This document shows, piece by piece, positions 16,493 through 25,901 of a DNA stretch of 32,000 nucleotides. Source of the stretch: Promethearchaeota archaeon. Its GTDB lineage: Archaea > Asgardarchaeota > Lokiarchaeia > Sigyniarchaeales > Promethearchaeaceae. Location of the stretch: positions 92,842-124,841 of the forward strand of contig JAFGBS010000021.1 of assembly GCA_016933055.1 (NCBI GenBank), in the 5' to 3' direction. Position 1 is the first letter of the stretch. The number at the start of each line of letters is the position of its first letter. The notes below the pieces were generated by a model, which worked only from the letters and a program-made list of their open reading frames with translations, was not told the DNA's origin and ran no database searches. The translations under genes and the position numbers were made by a program.

Positions 16493-17806
16493 TTAAAAAA
16501 TAAAATAATAGAATGTAATATACACCACACCACATATGATGTGAATCAGAGCAAATAATGCACCGTTTTTAGTTAGAGTCTTAAATGAAAATCCTTCAAC
16601 ATTATTCCGTGTAGCAATCGTGAGTGTCATAACATCACACGCTGCCCCTTGAGGCAAAAAATTTCCTCCCATATTGATTCCAACTAATAAGGCAATTATC
16701 AATACATTGGGATTCAAGGATAAAGAGGGATTGAAAATAATTAATTGATCAATTATTGCTAAAAACATCAAGGTCGTTGGTGAATTAGCCAAAAAACCTG
16801 ACAGTAAACTACTTAACAGCACAATAAATATAGAGACTACCAAGGGATTACTAGGGAGTATTTTATTTAAAAAATCGGTTAAAACTTCAATTGTACCGTT
16901 TTCTATCATACATCCTATGATGATATACAACGACGCAAAAAAGAACATAACTTCCCACTCCACTTTTTTAAAATAATCGACGAGTTTTTGCCGATTGAGA
17001 AGGATCATTAAAATTGAACCAACTAAAGCTACTAAATACGCATCAGTAAATACGAAAAAGGAAATAAATACAATAGTTAAAAAAATAGAATTCATGATAA
17101 ACTTCTTTTTATCGACAATTACTGCAGAGGGGACTAAAATATCTCGCACCAATTCTTTTCGAATCGGATCCACTCGAACATTCTTCTTTAATAAAAGCAT
17201 ATCCAATAATAGCATCGTTACGATGAGCACAATAAAGCCAAATACCATGACATTTTTAACGAACCATATGGTATTCACTGCGTATTCTTCAAAATGACCT
17301 GCAATAATGATATTCTCAGAACTGGAAAATGGTGTAATCATACTCCCAATATTTATACAAATAGTCATTCCAAACAAATACGGAGCGGGTTTAATTTCTA
17401 AAATACGGCAGGTACGTATTATTAGAGGTGCAAAAATAATTGCCACTGTAACATCAGCAACTACAGCAGCAAGTAGGGTTGATATTATACAAATTACATA
17501 GAATAGGGTACGATCATTCCCTTTAGTTAATCGAATCGTTTGTATGGCGACATACTGGAATATTTTTTGACGCTCCGAGACAGCAATTACGATTTGTATC
17601 CCAAAAATGAATAACAAGGGTTTGAATTCAATCATACCGATAAAACTCGTGAAATTTACCGTCCCGTCTGTTGTATAATATAAGATCCCCGCGGCAAGTA
17701 ACGCTGAAAAAATCGCAACCGTCAAATAATCAAGAGTTTCTGTTGAAAAGACAACCATTACAATTGTAAATAAAATAGCAACAGCGATGACAGAAAACAA
17801 GTTCAT
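16493..17806 (-). CDS. SLC13/ArsB/NhaD-family (ion transporter superfamily) permease
   Basis: About 11-12 TM segments; ADVT..IIFAP, NIGSMITPFSSSENIII, VEWEVMFFFASLY, NSPTT, NMGGNFLPQGAACDV. Confidence 0.9.
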   Translation of the reverse strand: MNLFSVIAVAILFTIVMVVFSTETLDYLTVAIFSALLAAGILYYTTDGTVNFTSFIGMIEFKPLLFIFGIQIVIAVSERQKIFQYVAIQTIRLTKGNDRTLFYVICIISTLLAAVVADVTVAIIFAPLIIRTCRILEIKPAPYLFGMTICINIGSMITPFSSSENIIIAGHFEEYAVNTIWFVKNVMVFGFIVLIVTMLLLDMLLLKKNVRVDPIRKELVRDILVPSAVIVDKKKFIMNSIFLTIVFISFFVFTDAYLVALVGSILMILLNRQKLVDYFKKVEWEVMFFFASLYIIIGCMIENGTIEVLTDFLNKILPSNPLVVSIFIVLLSSLLSGFLANSPTTLMFLAIIDQLIIFNPSLSLNPNVLIIALLVGINMGGNFLPQGAACDVMTLTIATRNNVEGFSFKTLTKNGALFALIHIICGVVYITFYYFIF

Positions 17807-18025
17807 TGTTATGAGAAAAATGAATAACTATTAAATAATGTTTTTTTGTGGAATCCTCCGCTCTGCGAAAATTTGGAAAAATTGCTTATGATATTCAGAA
17901 AATTATCACTATACTTCCAAATACTGGTTTAAAATATGTTTTTCTAGTAAACGCTTATGTATAGAAATAATATTAACGTAAGGGTTAATCCCTATCTTTT
18001 AAATAGTACAAAGATCTATTTTTTT

Positions 18026-18400
18026 ATGATGTATTGCCGCAGTTGTGGTGCATCAATTAGTTTAGAACAAGATGCAAAGCAAAATGGGTATTGTGATAAT
18101 TGTTTTCGAGAACGCCCACTCAGCAATAGAGATTCTAATAATCAAATAACAAGGAGAATGGATGAAATCACATGTTACATTTGTGATCGCCCACTTTTTA
18201 CACGATGTTATAACTGTGGTAAGGCGATATGTGCCTATCACACAAAAGAACGAGTAGGATATTTTGCTGCGATTAGAAAACGCTGTCCTGTTTGTGATCA
18301 ACGATTTCGCCGTATAATCATCATTATCTATATTGCTGCTTTTACTGTATTTATTTCTACAATGATAATTATTATTTCCCGATTTGTCCAGAACATATGA
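18026..18400 (+). CDS. Cys-rich zinc-finger protein with C-terminal TM anchor
   Basis: CRSC..CDNC, then CYIC-x7-CYNC-x4-CAYH-x14-CPVC, then a basic stretch and hydrophobic helix. ORF track starts at 17957; MMYC at 18026 is more likely. Confidence 0.7.
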   Translation: MMYCRSCGASISLEQDAKQNGYCDNCFRERPLSNRDSNNQITRRMDEITCYICDRPLFTRCYNCGKAICAYHTKERVGYFAAIRKRCPVCDQRFRRIIIIIYIAAFTVFISTMIIIISRFVQNI

Positions 18401-18480
18401 TTTTCATGCTATTCTGGGGGTCACCAAACTTATTAATTCTGTTAGAGACCTTACAGAAAATAACACATCCATTATGATTC

Positions 18481-18830
18481 ATCATGAATCCCTCTCATGT
18501 ATCATAATTATCGGATAAATTTCCCAAAAAACCAATATTACAAGAATGGGTGTTTTTTTCGTTTTATTAAAAATCGAACCACAGTTATTGTACTGGACGA
18601 GAAGAGAGCGGATAAAAGTGGAAAACAGAATCAATTGCTATAGAAAATTGCTGCGAATGATATTAATATGACCCAAATAGGATTGGATGATACTATTTAC
18701 TATCAAACCACATTAAGTGAAGAAATGAACAATTCCCGGTGATGATCGTTTCAAACATATTCCCAAAGTGGTGTTTTCAAGAGATCCTCAACAAATCGAA
18801 GATGAATTGAGGAAATTATCCCAAATCTAA
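18481..18830 (+). pseudogene. Possible decayed gene remnant
   Basis: Protein-like stretches interrupted by stops and a frameshift: QEWVFFRFIKNRTTVIVLDEK...LL*KIAAND...; PGDDRFKHIPKVVFSRDPQQIEDELRKLSQI*. Confidence 0.25.
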
Positions 18831-18897
18831 CCACCGATTATAGAGAAAAGAAACAAATAGAAAAAAAGACTTAAGATGATTTGTCTATTGAATTTTT

Positions 18898-19818
18898 ATG
18901 ATACGAAAGTTAGATCTGAAATCTCGACTGAGATTTCGAGAAATCCTCATCTCGTTACTTACTTATTCGGGATTCTTAGGTCTTGGATACGTGATAGCTT
19001 TATTCATTGCAATTCCTCAAGTCATATCCTACGCAATATTTCTTGTATTTGGCATTCTTGCAGTGGCTATCGATATTCCCGATGAAAAAATGAAATGGTT
19101 AAAACTCATCCCTCTTATTCGCCGGCACTTCTTTATGATGCATCGGGTGCGTCGCCGAATTGGGATTGCTGCTAAGGAGGGAAAACTAACAAGTGCTTAT
19201 AAATTCGCTGTGGGCATGATACTTGTAATTGGATACTTATTTTTCATGAATTTAGCAATTATTTCCATTAAACTAATCCTGCATTTCACCATCGATTTTT
19301 CAGACCCGTTTCGATTTACCGAAGCCTTTCTAAGTTTACTCGGTGCTGGAGTAACTGCTTATATTATCTGGTTAAGGTCTTTCCATCGAGAATATAAACA
19401 TACATTGACCTTAATTAAATTCAAGTCAGAAAAATTCAGAGAAAGGACTAAGAACGTTACAAAAGGGGTAGCGAAAGGATTTTCCCTAGTGCTTAAACTC
19501 TATATCCTTTTCATTAGTTTTATTATTTGGCTTACGGGAGAGTGCCTATTTATGCTGGGCACACCATTTTTCACGGATTATATTACCTATTTTCTCCTAG
19601 GGACTGTGGGATTTTTCGCAGCTTTAGTGCTATCGCTAATCTTCATCGTGTTTTTAACAAAGCCCGACGAGGGTTTATTGGCAAATGATATGGTGCATGA
19701 AGAAAAAAATAGCGATTTTCCAGCGGAAGTGAAATCCACACTCGGGGATTCCTACGAACCTGCATCGAGAAAAAGTATTTTTTCTCGATTACGGAAACAT
19801 GATACAATCAAGCAATAA
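18898..19818 (+). CDS. Hypothetical multi-pass membrane protein
   Basis: About 6 hydrophobic segments with basic loops. No family recognised. Confidence 0.75.
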   Translation: MIRKLDLKSRLRFREILISLLTYSGFLGLGYVIALFIAIPQVISYAIFLVFGILAVAIDIPDEKMKWLKLIPLIRRHFFMMHRVRRRIGIAAKEGKLTSAYKFAVGMILVIGYLFFMNLAIISIKLILHFTIDFSDPFRFTEAFLSLLGAGVTAYIIWLRSFHREYKHTLTLIKFKSEKFRERTKNVTKGVAKGFSLVLKLYILFISFIIWLTGECLFMLGTPFFTDYITYFLLGTVGFFAALVLSLIFIVFLTKPDEGLLANDMVHEEKNSDFPAEVKSTLGDSYEPASRKSIFSRLRKHDTIKQ

Positions 19819-19975
19819 TCTGGCATGGAATTTTCCGTTGAATTTTCCGTATCCATGTCCATGAGTCCATATCATGATCAAATTCCCGATTATTATTGTC
19901 ATGACCATGAGTCTCGAAAATAAGTAACGATTCGTGTATAAATCTATAAATAGAAATAGTAATGTCTTCTACATA

Positions 19976-21202
19976 ATGGAACAAGTTAAAGGTCCTCGGT
20001 TGATTGGATTAGATATTTACAGGGGATTTTTGGTTTGGATGATGATTTTCTTTCATAATTTAGATTCATATTCAGGAAATTTAGAAGCAATCGAGAGTAG
20101 TGCAGGAATAGCTAGTGTCATTGGTAAATTTATTGGTAGGTGGGGAGTGTTTTTTTTTATAATCGTAGGATTTTCAAATACACTGAGTCTTTATCATAAA
20201 TTCCAAAATCCTAAGGCGAATTCGGGAAAAATATTGCTTAAATCGATGACAAAGGCTTCAATATTGATAGCTTTTGATAAGATATGCACCATATTATTTA
20301 GCGGGGAATCTCAAGGTGGAGGAATTTATAATTTTAATGAAGGGCCTATTTCTATCGGGATTGTTATGGGATTCATAAAAACCAGCTCGTATATTCCTCC
20401 TCGGACCTATGATGTATTTTTTGATCAATCAGCCGTAGTTACTATCGCTTATATCATGATAATAATAAGTTTAATTGAGGTTATATTATTCAAGAGTTGT
20501 AAAAATCATAAAAGTTACCCCAATTTAATTATATTAGCCTCAATTGGGTTTATAATACTTATAATTTCTCCTTTTGCGGTTCAATATTTACGTCCCTTAT
20601 GGGTGATTGCCTTAGTGAATGAAAATTATGGGATTGCTTTTATTTTGGGGATACTTGTAGGCGATGTTCACCCCTTATTACCTAATATTGGATTTGCCTT
20701 TATAGGTGCAGTTTTTGCACTGGCTTATGCGATGAGAATCCCTCGGAAACTAGTATTGATTTTCGGTTCGATTTTTTCTTTTATTTCCCTTCTTATCGGT
20801 ATAATTGGATATATTATGTTAGGAGAACCCTCTTATGAACAGACATTACAAACTTCTCCAGGAAGAACTATGTGGTTGTTAGTGGGCGTTATGATAATTC
20901 CTATCTTATTCATTTATTACTTTGAATTCGAACCGAGTCGAGAAAAGTCTCCTAATCGATTAGCGTTAAATCTCCAACGATTCGGGAAAGTGTCATTAAC
21001 ATTATATCTTCTAGAGAGTTTTGTGGTTGAACTTTCTTTACTGACAATTGGGTTGATATATCCTATTGCGGATACATTATGGATTTTAGCGATATTTGGT
21101 GCTCTAATTATTATATTACTTAGTTATTTACTCATACTATGGGAAAGAGGAAATTTTATTGGCTCCGTAGAGTGGATGGTACGAAAAGCAACATTGTTTT
21201 AA
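19976..21202 (+). CDS. DUF1624/HGSNAT-like membrane acyltransferase-family protein
   Basis: RLIGLDIYRGFLVWMMIFFH (R..xLD..RG...H motif), GKVSLTLYLLES, GSVEWMVRK; many TM segments. ORF track starts at 19934. Confidence 0.75.
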   Translation: MEQVKGPRLIGLDIYRGFLVWMMIFFHNLDSYSGNLEAIESSAGIASVIGKFIGRWGVFFFIIVGFSNTLSLYHKFQNPKANSGKILLKSMTKASILIAFDKICTILFSGESQGGGIYNFNEGPISIGIVMGFIKTSSYIPPRTYDVFFDQSAVVTIAYIMIIISLIEVILFKSCKNHKSYPNLIILASIGFIILIISPFAVQYLRPLWVIALVNENYGIAFILGILVGDVHPLLPNIGFAFIGAVFALAYAMRIPRKLVLIFGSIFSFISLLIGIIGYIMLGEPSYEQTLQTSPGRTMWLLVGVMIIPILFIYYFEFEPSREKSPNRLALNLQRFGKVSLTLYLLESFVVELSLLTIGLIYPIADTLWILAIFGALIIILLSYLLILWERGNFIGSVEWMVRKATLF

Positions 21203-21362
21203 GTTATTGAATCTCTTTTAAGAGCAGATAGGAAAAGTTTCTCTACGCAATCAAATATAAATGAAGGATCTGACTCATTTTATTTTATTCTTCCTTAAAT
21301 CATAAGTAAGTATAGATGCGGAAGTATTATTACGCTGAATTGACTATTGTTTGTTGGTTGAA

Positions 21363-23252
21363 ATGATGCGAAATTTCGACCATTCTGAGAAGAAACCCGA
21401 AAAAATCACTTTGGAGGATTTAAGCCGTATCATTAAGCCCGGATTTCGTATTTTTCTCGGAACTGGTTGTTCAGAACCTTATATAATAACAAAAGAATTA
21501 ACTCATGATAAGTATCGGTGGACAGATTGTGAAATTGTACATTTACTCACTCTTACCGAGCAAAAATTTTTCAGTGATTCTTTTCCCACCAGATTTCGTC
21601 ACAATACACTTTCTTTGATAGGCTCCGCACAGACACGTCATGCTGTAAATACAGGTAAGAGTGACTTTACACCCATCAGAACTTCAGAAATTCCAGATCT
21701 GTTAGAACGGGGAGTATTGAAGATTGATGTTGCGATGGTTCAACTAAGTCCACCAGATGAATATGGATACTGTTCTCTGGGAATCAATGTCGATATTAAC
21801 AAGAAAATGGTAGAGTATGCGAAAATTATCATAGCTCAAATCAATTCTCAAATGCCATCCACCAGAGGCGATTCCACTGTAAGAATTGACCAACTTGATT
21901 ATATTATCGAGGAAAACACGCCGCTTGTAGAATATAAAAACGAATATAGCCCATCTCAGTCAAATATTATCGATAAAATTTGCAGTTATACTGCACGATT
22001 AATTGAGGATGGAGCTACTTTAAATTTCGGTTTGGGTAAAATTCCCTTAAAAATTTTCTCTCATCTCCAAAATAGGAAAGATTTAGCGATATATACGGAA
22101 AGTTTGGTTATGACTGATGCTCTTTTTGATCTAATCTCAAAAAATGTTATCACCTGTAAATTAAATCATTATCCCAAAGTGATGTGTGCCTTTGCTTTAG
22201 GAGAAAAACGCCATTACCAGAGAGTTCACAACAATCCTTTCATCAAATTTTACCCTACGGAATTTATCAATAACGTAGATAATATCATTAAAAATCACAA
22301 ACTAATCTCGATTTACAGTGCGATTGCAGTGGATCTCTCAGGTCAGATTACAAATCATCTTGAAGATAAATTTTACAGTGGAATTGGAGGTGAAAATGAC
22401 TTTATTGAAGGTACAAGTAGAACCCCAGGGGGAAAAACTATTATAGTTATTCCCAGTACAACAAGCGACGGTGAGAAATCACGTATAGTTCCAATAATTT
22501 CTCGAAGTACGATTCCTGCATCAGATGTGCATTATATTATTACGGAATATGGAATTGCACGGCTTACTGGAAAACCCATCCGACAACGGGCAATTCAATT
22601 GATTGCAATTGCTCATCCAAAATTTAGGAAATCTCTCCTTCAACAGGCAAAAAAAATGCATTTTGTGTATCCCGATCAACTCATTCCCCTTACCCGCGAC
22701 GGAAATGTGGTAGTGTATCCCGAGGAGTATGAGTGGATTTATAGCACGAATTCGGGTAACATGGTAAAATTTCGGGCTATAAAGCCGACTGATGAAGCTC
22801 TATTACAACGCTTCTTCTACCAGCAAGATGAACGATCACGCATTTTGCGGTATTTGACTCCCAAAAAAACACTCACCCATGAAGAATCTCAAATTGAAGT
22901 AAATATTGATTATGATACTAATATGGTGATAGTTGGGTTAGTAGGGGATGAGGATGCTCAAGAAATTATTGCAGCGGCTTCCTATTATTTAGATCCCGAG
23001 GATAATACCAACATTGCGGAAGTTGCGATAATGATCTCAAAAGAATGGCAGAATCAAGGGCTGGGGCATCATATGTTTTCCAAAATGTGTTATATAGCTC
23101 ATGAAAAAGGATTGAATGCGCTGATTGGAGAATTCATGAAAACAAATATTGGCGTTGATAAAATGCTGAAAAATCTGCCATTTCCCGTCGAAATGAAAGA
23201 TTTTGATGAAACTTTTGAATTTATTATTGATCTAACAAGGGAAAAACCTTAA
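21363..23252 (+). CDS. Acetyl-CoA hydrolase/CoA-transferase (AbfT/Cat2-like) fused to a C-terminal Pat-type GNAT acetyltransferase
   Basis: QLSPPDEYGYCSLG, IEDGATLNFGLGKIP, KDLAIYTES, VDLSGQ, SGIGGENDF, ITEYGIARLTGK. GNAT part: FRAIKPTDE, AEVAIMISKEWQNQGLG. ORF track starts at 21351. Confidence 0.9.
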   Translation: MMRNFDHSEKKPEKITLEDLSRIIKPGFRIFLGTGCSEPYIITKELTHDKYRWTDCEIVHLLTLTEQKFFSDSFPTRFRHNTLSLIGSAQTRHAVNTGKSDFTPIRTSEIPDLLERGVLKIDVAMVQLSPPDEYGYCSLGINVDINKKMVEYAKIIIAQINSQMPSTRGDSTVRIDQLDYIIEENTPLVEYKNEYSPSQSNIIDKICSYTARLIEDGATLNFGLGKIPLKIFSHLQNRKDLAIYTESLVMTDALFDLISKNVITCKLNHYPKVMCAFALGEKRHYQRVHNNPFIKFYPTEFINNVDNIIKNHKLISIYSAIAVDLSGQITNHLEDKFYSGIGGENDFIEGTSRTPGGKTIIVIPSTTSDGEKSRIVPIISRSTIPASDVHYIITEYGIARLTGKPIRQRAIQLIAIAHPKFRKSLLQQAKKMHFVYPDQLIPLTRDGNVVVYPEEYEWIYSTNSGNMVKFRAIKPTDEALLQRFFYQQDERSRILRYLTPKKTLTHEESQIEVNIDYDTNMVIVGLVGDEDAQEIIAAASYYLDPEDNTNIAEVAIMISKEWQNQGLGHHMFSKMCYIAHEKGLNALIGEFMKTNIGVDKMLKNLPFPVEMKDFDETFEFIIDLTREKP

Positions 23253-23273
23253 TTCAGGGGATATTCTCACATA

Positions 23274-23882
23274 TTATACTCTATGTCTCACGATTTGCTG
23301 TAATTTATCTTGTAATGAACTAGTGAAATCTTCTAACTCTGGTGGAAATCGACTAAGAGCCTCGTTAATCTCATCCTTATATATATTCTCATCATCGTTT
23401 TTCGTCATTATGGTAAAAAAATCCTCCAAAACGGGTCGGAGATATGGAAAATTGATTAACTTTGGAGTTTTTCGAATAATTGCGTGGAGATGGAGTTGAA
23501 TGTATGAATCTGCATTTTTAGATAAATTCGCGAACATATCGATGATAATTTTAGATTTGAATCGATTCTTTTCGTCGAGTTCACTAACCATGATAGGTAG
23601 TAGTTTCTTAATGTAGTTTGGGTGTATTTTCTCTGCAATAATCACTGCTGTTTTCAATAAATCGGTGTGCAACGAGTAATCAGACTTACTGAGTTCCTCT
23701 TTAAGAAATTCGACAAGCTTATCGATGTCACCGGGATTAAGAGGTTCTTGCGTTTCGTCTACCAAAACACTAAATGCTTGAAGGGCTACACTTTGGAGTT
23801 GGGTATCTTCTAATTTTAACTGCTCGAGTATATCCTTCAGTGTAGGAAGGTTTTCCTTGGATTGGTCGGAATTGAAGTGCAA
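23274..23882 (-). CDS. Hypothetical all-alpha protein (HEAT/ARM-like)
   Basis: Alternating amphipathic helices (LQSVALQAFSVL, IDKLVEFLKEEL, IKKLLPIMVSEL). Confidence 0.55.
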   Translation of the reverse strand: MHFNSDQSKENLPTLKDILEQLKLEDTQLQSVALQAFSVLVDETQEPLNPGDIDKLVEFLKEELSKSDYSLHTDLLKTAVIIAEKIHPNYIKKLLPIMVSELDEKNRFKSKIIIDMFANLSKNADSYIQLHLHAIIRKTPKLINFPYLRPVLEDFFTIMTKNDDENIYKDEINEALSRFPPELEDFTSSLQDKLQQIVRHRV

Positions 23883-24120
23883 TCTCTTTATTCTCCAATT
23901 TTCTTAATTTCTGCGTTCTGAAGTGTTACTATGTTGCATCTCAAATGAATTTTCCGTGTTAGTACGATCTAGAAGAAGAAGTTTTTTCATTTTTTTTTTG
24001 GGTTGATTTTGGGTTGGTGAATATTCCTTGATTGATATGCATTTGAGATTGAAATAGTCAATCCACAAGTATATCTTATCATATATATAGTTTAAAACCA
24101 ATAGGTTTATACTCTCATTC

Positions 24121-24140
24121 CCACTTAGTACACTAGGTGG
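24121..24140. promoter_or_regulatory. Inverted repeat overlapping the antitoxin RBS (candidate TA operator)
   Basis: CCACTTAGT-AC-ACTAGGTGG is an imperfect palindrome whose right arm contains GGTGG, ending 7 nt before the ATG. Confidence 0.55.
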
Positions 24141-24147
24141 AGTTTAA

Positions 24148-24378
24148 ATGGATTCTGCAGTTACAATTGATATGAAAGGTAGGATTTTAATTCCCAAAGA
24201 GATACGAAAAAAACTTAATTTAAAACCCGGTGTTAAATTAATAATAAAAATCGAGAATGGGAGATTGGTATTATTAATAAGCACTTCTTTGGAGGATTTC
24301 CAATCAGAAATCAAATCATTTCAACAAAAATTGAAAGAACTAACTACCGATCCTATTCCTACAGAGAAATTGTTTTAG
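24148..24378 (+). CDS. vapB: AbrB/MazE/SpoVT-family antitoxin
   Basis: VTIDMKGRILIPKEIRKKLNLKPGVKLII; lies directly upstream of a PIN gene. Confidence 0.92.
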   Translation: MDSAVTIDMKGRILIPKEIRKKLNLKPGVKLIIKIENGRLVLLISTSLEDFQSEIKSFQQKLKELTTDPIPTEKLF

Positions 24379-24394
24379 AGGGGGTAATCAGTGA

Positions 24395-24853
24395 ATGATC
24401 ACCATTGATAGCCAGATCTGGATTTATTATTTCGATCCAAACGCTCCTGAGAACCTCAATGTTCAGAAATGGATGAAATCCATTCTACAAAATGAAATTA
24501 TAGTTCTTAGCACAATAATACCCTTAGAAGTTTCCCACAATCTCTATGCAATTCCCAAAATAAGCAGAGATGATGTTGAAGAGTTGATTTTGAAATGGAT
24601 TACCCAAGAAAATATAAGAATGGTCGAGGTAGACCAACATAACATGCTTATTGCTCTTGAACTAATGAAAACCAATCGTAATAGGGGGATTGGTGGCAGG
24701 GATTGTTTAATATTAGCGAGTATGTTAACTCAAGATGTGCAAATGCTTGTTACAAACGACAAGAATTTATTAAGAATACAGAGCTTGCAGCGAATGAATC
24801 CTGTATTTGATCCCCCCTTAATCTTAAACAAAGGAGAGAAATTCAAACAATAA
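24395..24853 (+). CDS. vapC: VapC PIN-domain ribonuclease toxin
   Basis: IDSQIWI, PLEV, GRDCLILAS and TNDKNL supply the PIN acidic residues. Confidence 0.92.
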   Translation: MITIDSQIWIYYFDPNAPENLNVQKWMKSILQNEIIVLSTIIPLEVSHNLYAIPKISRDDVEELILKWITQENIRMVEVDQHNMLIALELMKTNRNRGIGGRDCLILASMLTQDVQMLVTNDKNLLRIQSLQRMNPVFDPPLILNKGEKFKQ

Positions 24854-25325
24854 GAAAATGAATATTTTAGCAAGCAGAATGGGACACACAGCATGCTACA
24901 ATCAATTGATTGGAAATATATTCGTTAAGATGTTAACCCAGAAATCTAACATAGAACGGTCAATCTGCACCATCTAATAAAATCAAGAAACTTCACGAAA
25001 TTATAAAAAAACTTTCATTTGGCAATAGAAATCGAATTATGATACAGCGAATTGCCTGCTAGGCTACAAGCAATGAACATTTCATTTTATCAAAATTGCA
25101 ATATGGTAGGTGCCAAGATTATAGAGATGCACCAGCTTGCTGAATTCATTAAAACCAAAAATGAGATAAAAAGCATTTAAGTGAAAATGCGAGAAATCTA
25201 AGAGTTGAACAAGACCTTTACTATTTAGAACAAAATATCTCTACAGACAAAATTTTCCCAGATTAATAGATGCATCTAACCACTTTTTCTTCTGAAGTGG
25301 GAATCCCTTAAACATACATATATAT

Positions 25326-25601
25326 GTGTCGAATTTTATCAAGAAGATAAATTTTGGGGATGGTTCCACGAATAGCACATTAAGTAATCCAACACATCTT
25401 TATAATACTCCTGGAAATTACACCGTTCCTTTAACTATTACGGATACTGATGGAGATTCTGCCATAGTTTCTACAATTGTTCGAGTTTCTGCACCGGAAC
25501 CAAAAGGTTTAGGTATAGGTGCTATTATAGGAATTATTTTAGGTTCTCTGGTATTTGTTGGTGGAGCAGTGGCTGTTTTTATCATCGTTCGTAAGAAATA
25601 A
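25326..25601 (+). pseudogene. Truncated PKD-domain surface protein remnant (PKD half + TM anchor)
   Basis: NFGDGS..ST..NPTHLY..PGNYTV.LTITDTDG is the PKD signature, followed by TM + RKK. No signal peptide and a weak GTG start. Confidence 0.6.
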
Positions 25602-25901
25602 AAATCAAATACGAGAGCTGACGATAAAAAATCTACTTCCACCAAACAATTACACCTAATTATTGTATAAAGTGAGTGAATTTTTTCATTCTCCTATTTT
25701 TACCATCCCATTATGTTTTTAATAAGAATATTGTTTGTCTTTAGTATAATTCTAATTTGACTGTTGGAGGAAGGGATCGAGGATCATCACTCGAAAATAA
25801 TGAATTCATTTCAGTTTTCTACTAGGTAATTTATTCAAATTTATGATCTTGTGAAAATAACTATTAAATGATAACACTCCTCATTATTATCAACGATATC
25901 A

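Noticed and set aside
23904-24101. 65-aa minus-strand ORF
   Set aside because: Low-complexity A/T runs, and it occupies the divergent promoter region of vapBC and the helical protein gene.
24980-25180. Possible HPt-like fragment (NMVGAKIIEMHQLAE)
   Set aside because: The phospho-acceptor His motif is absent and the frames are broken; resemblance too weak.
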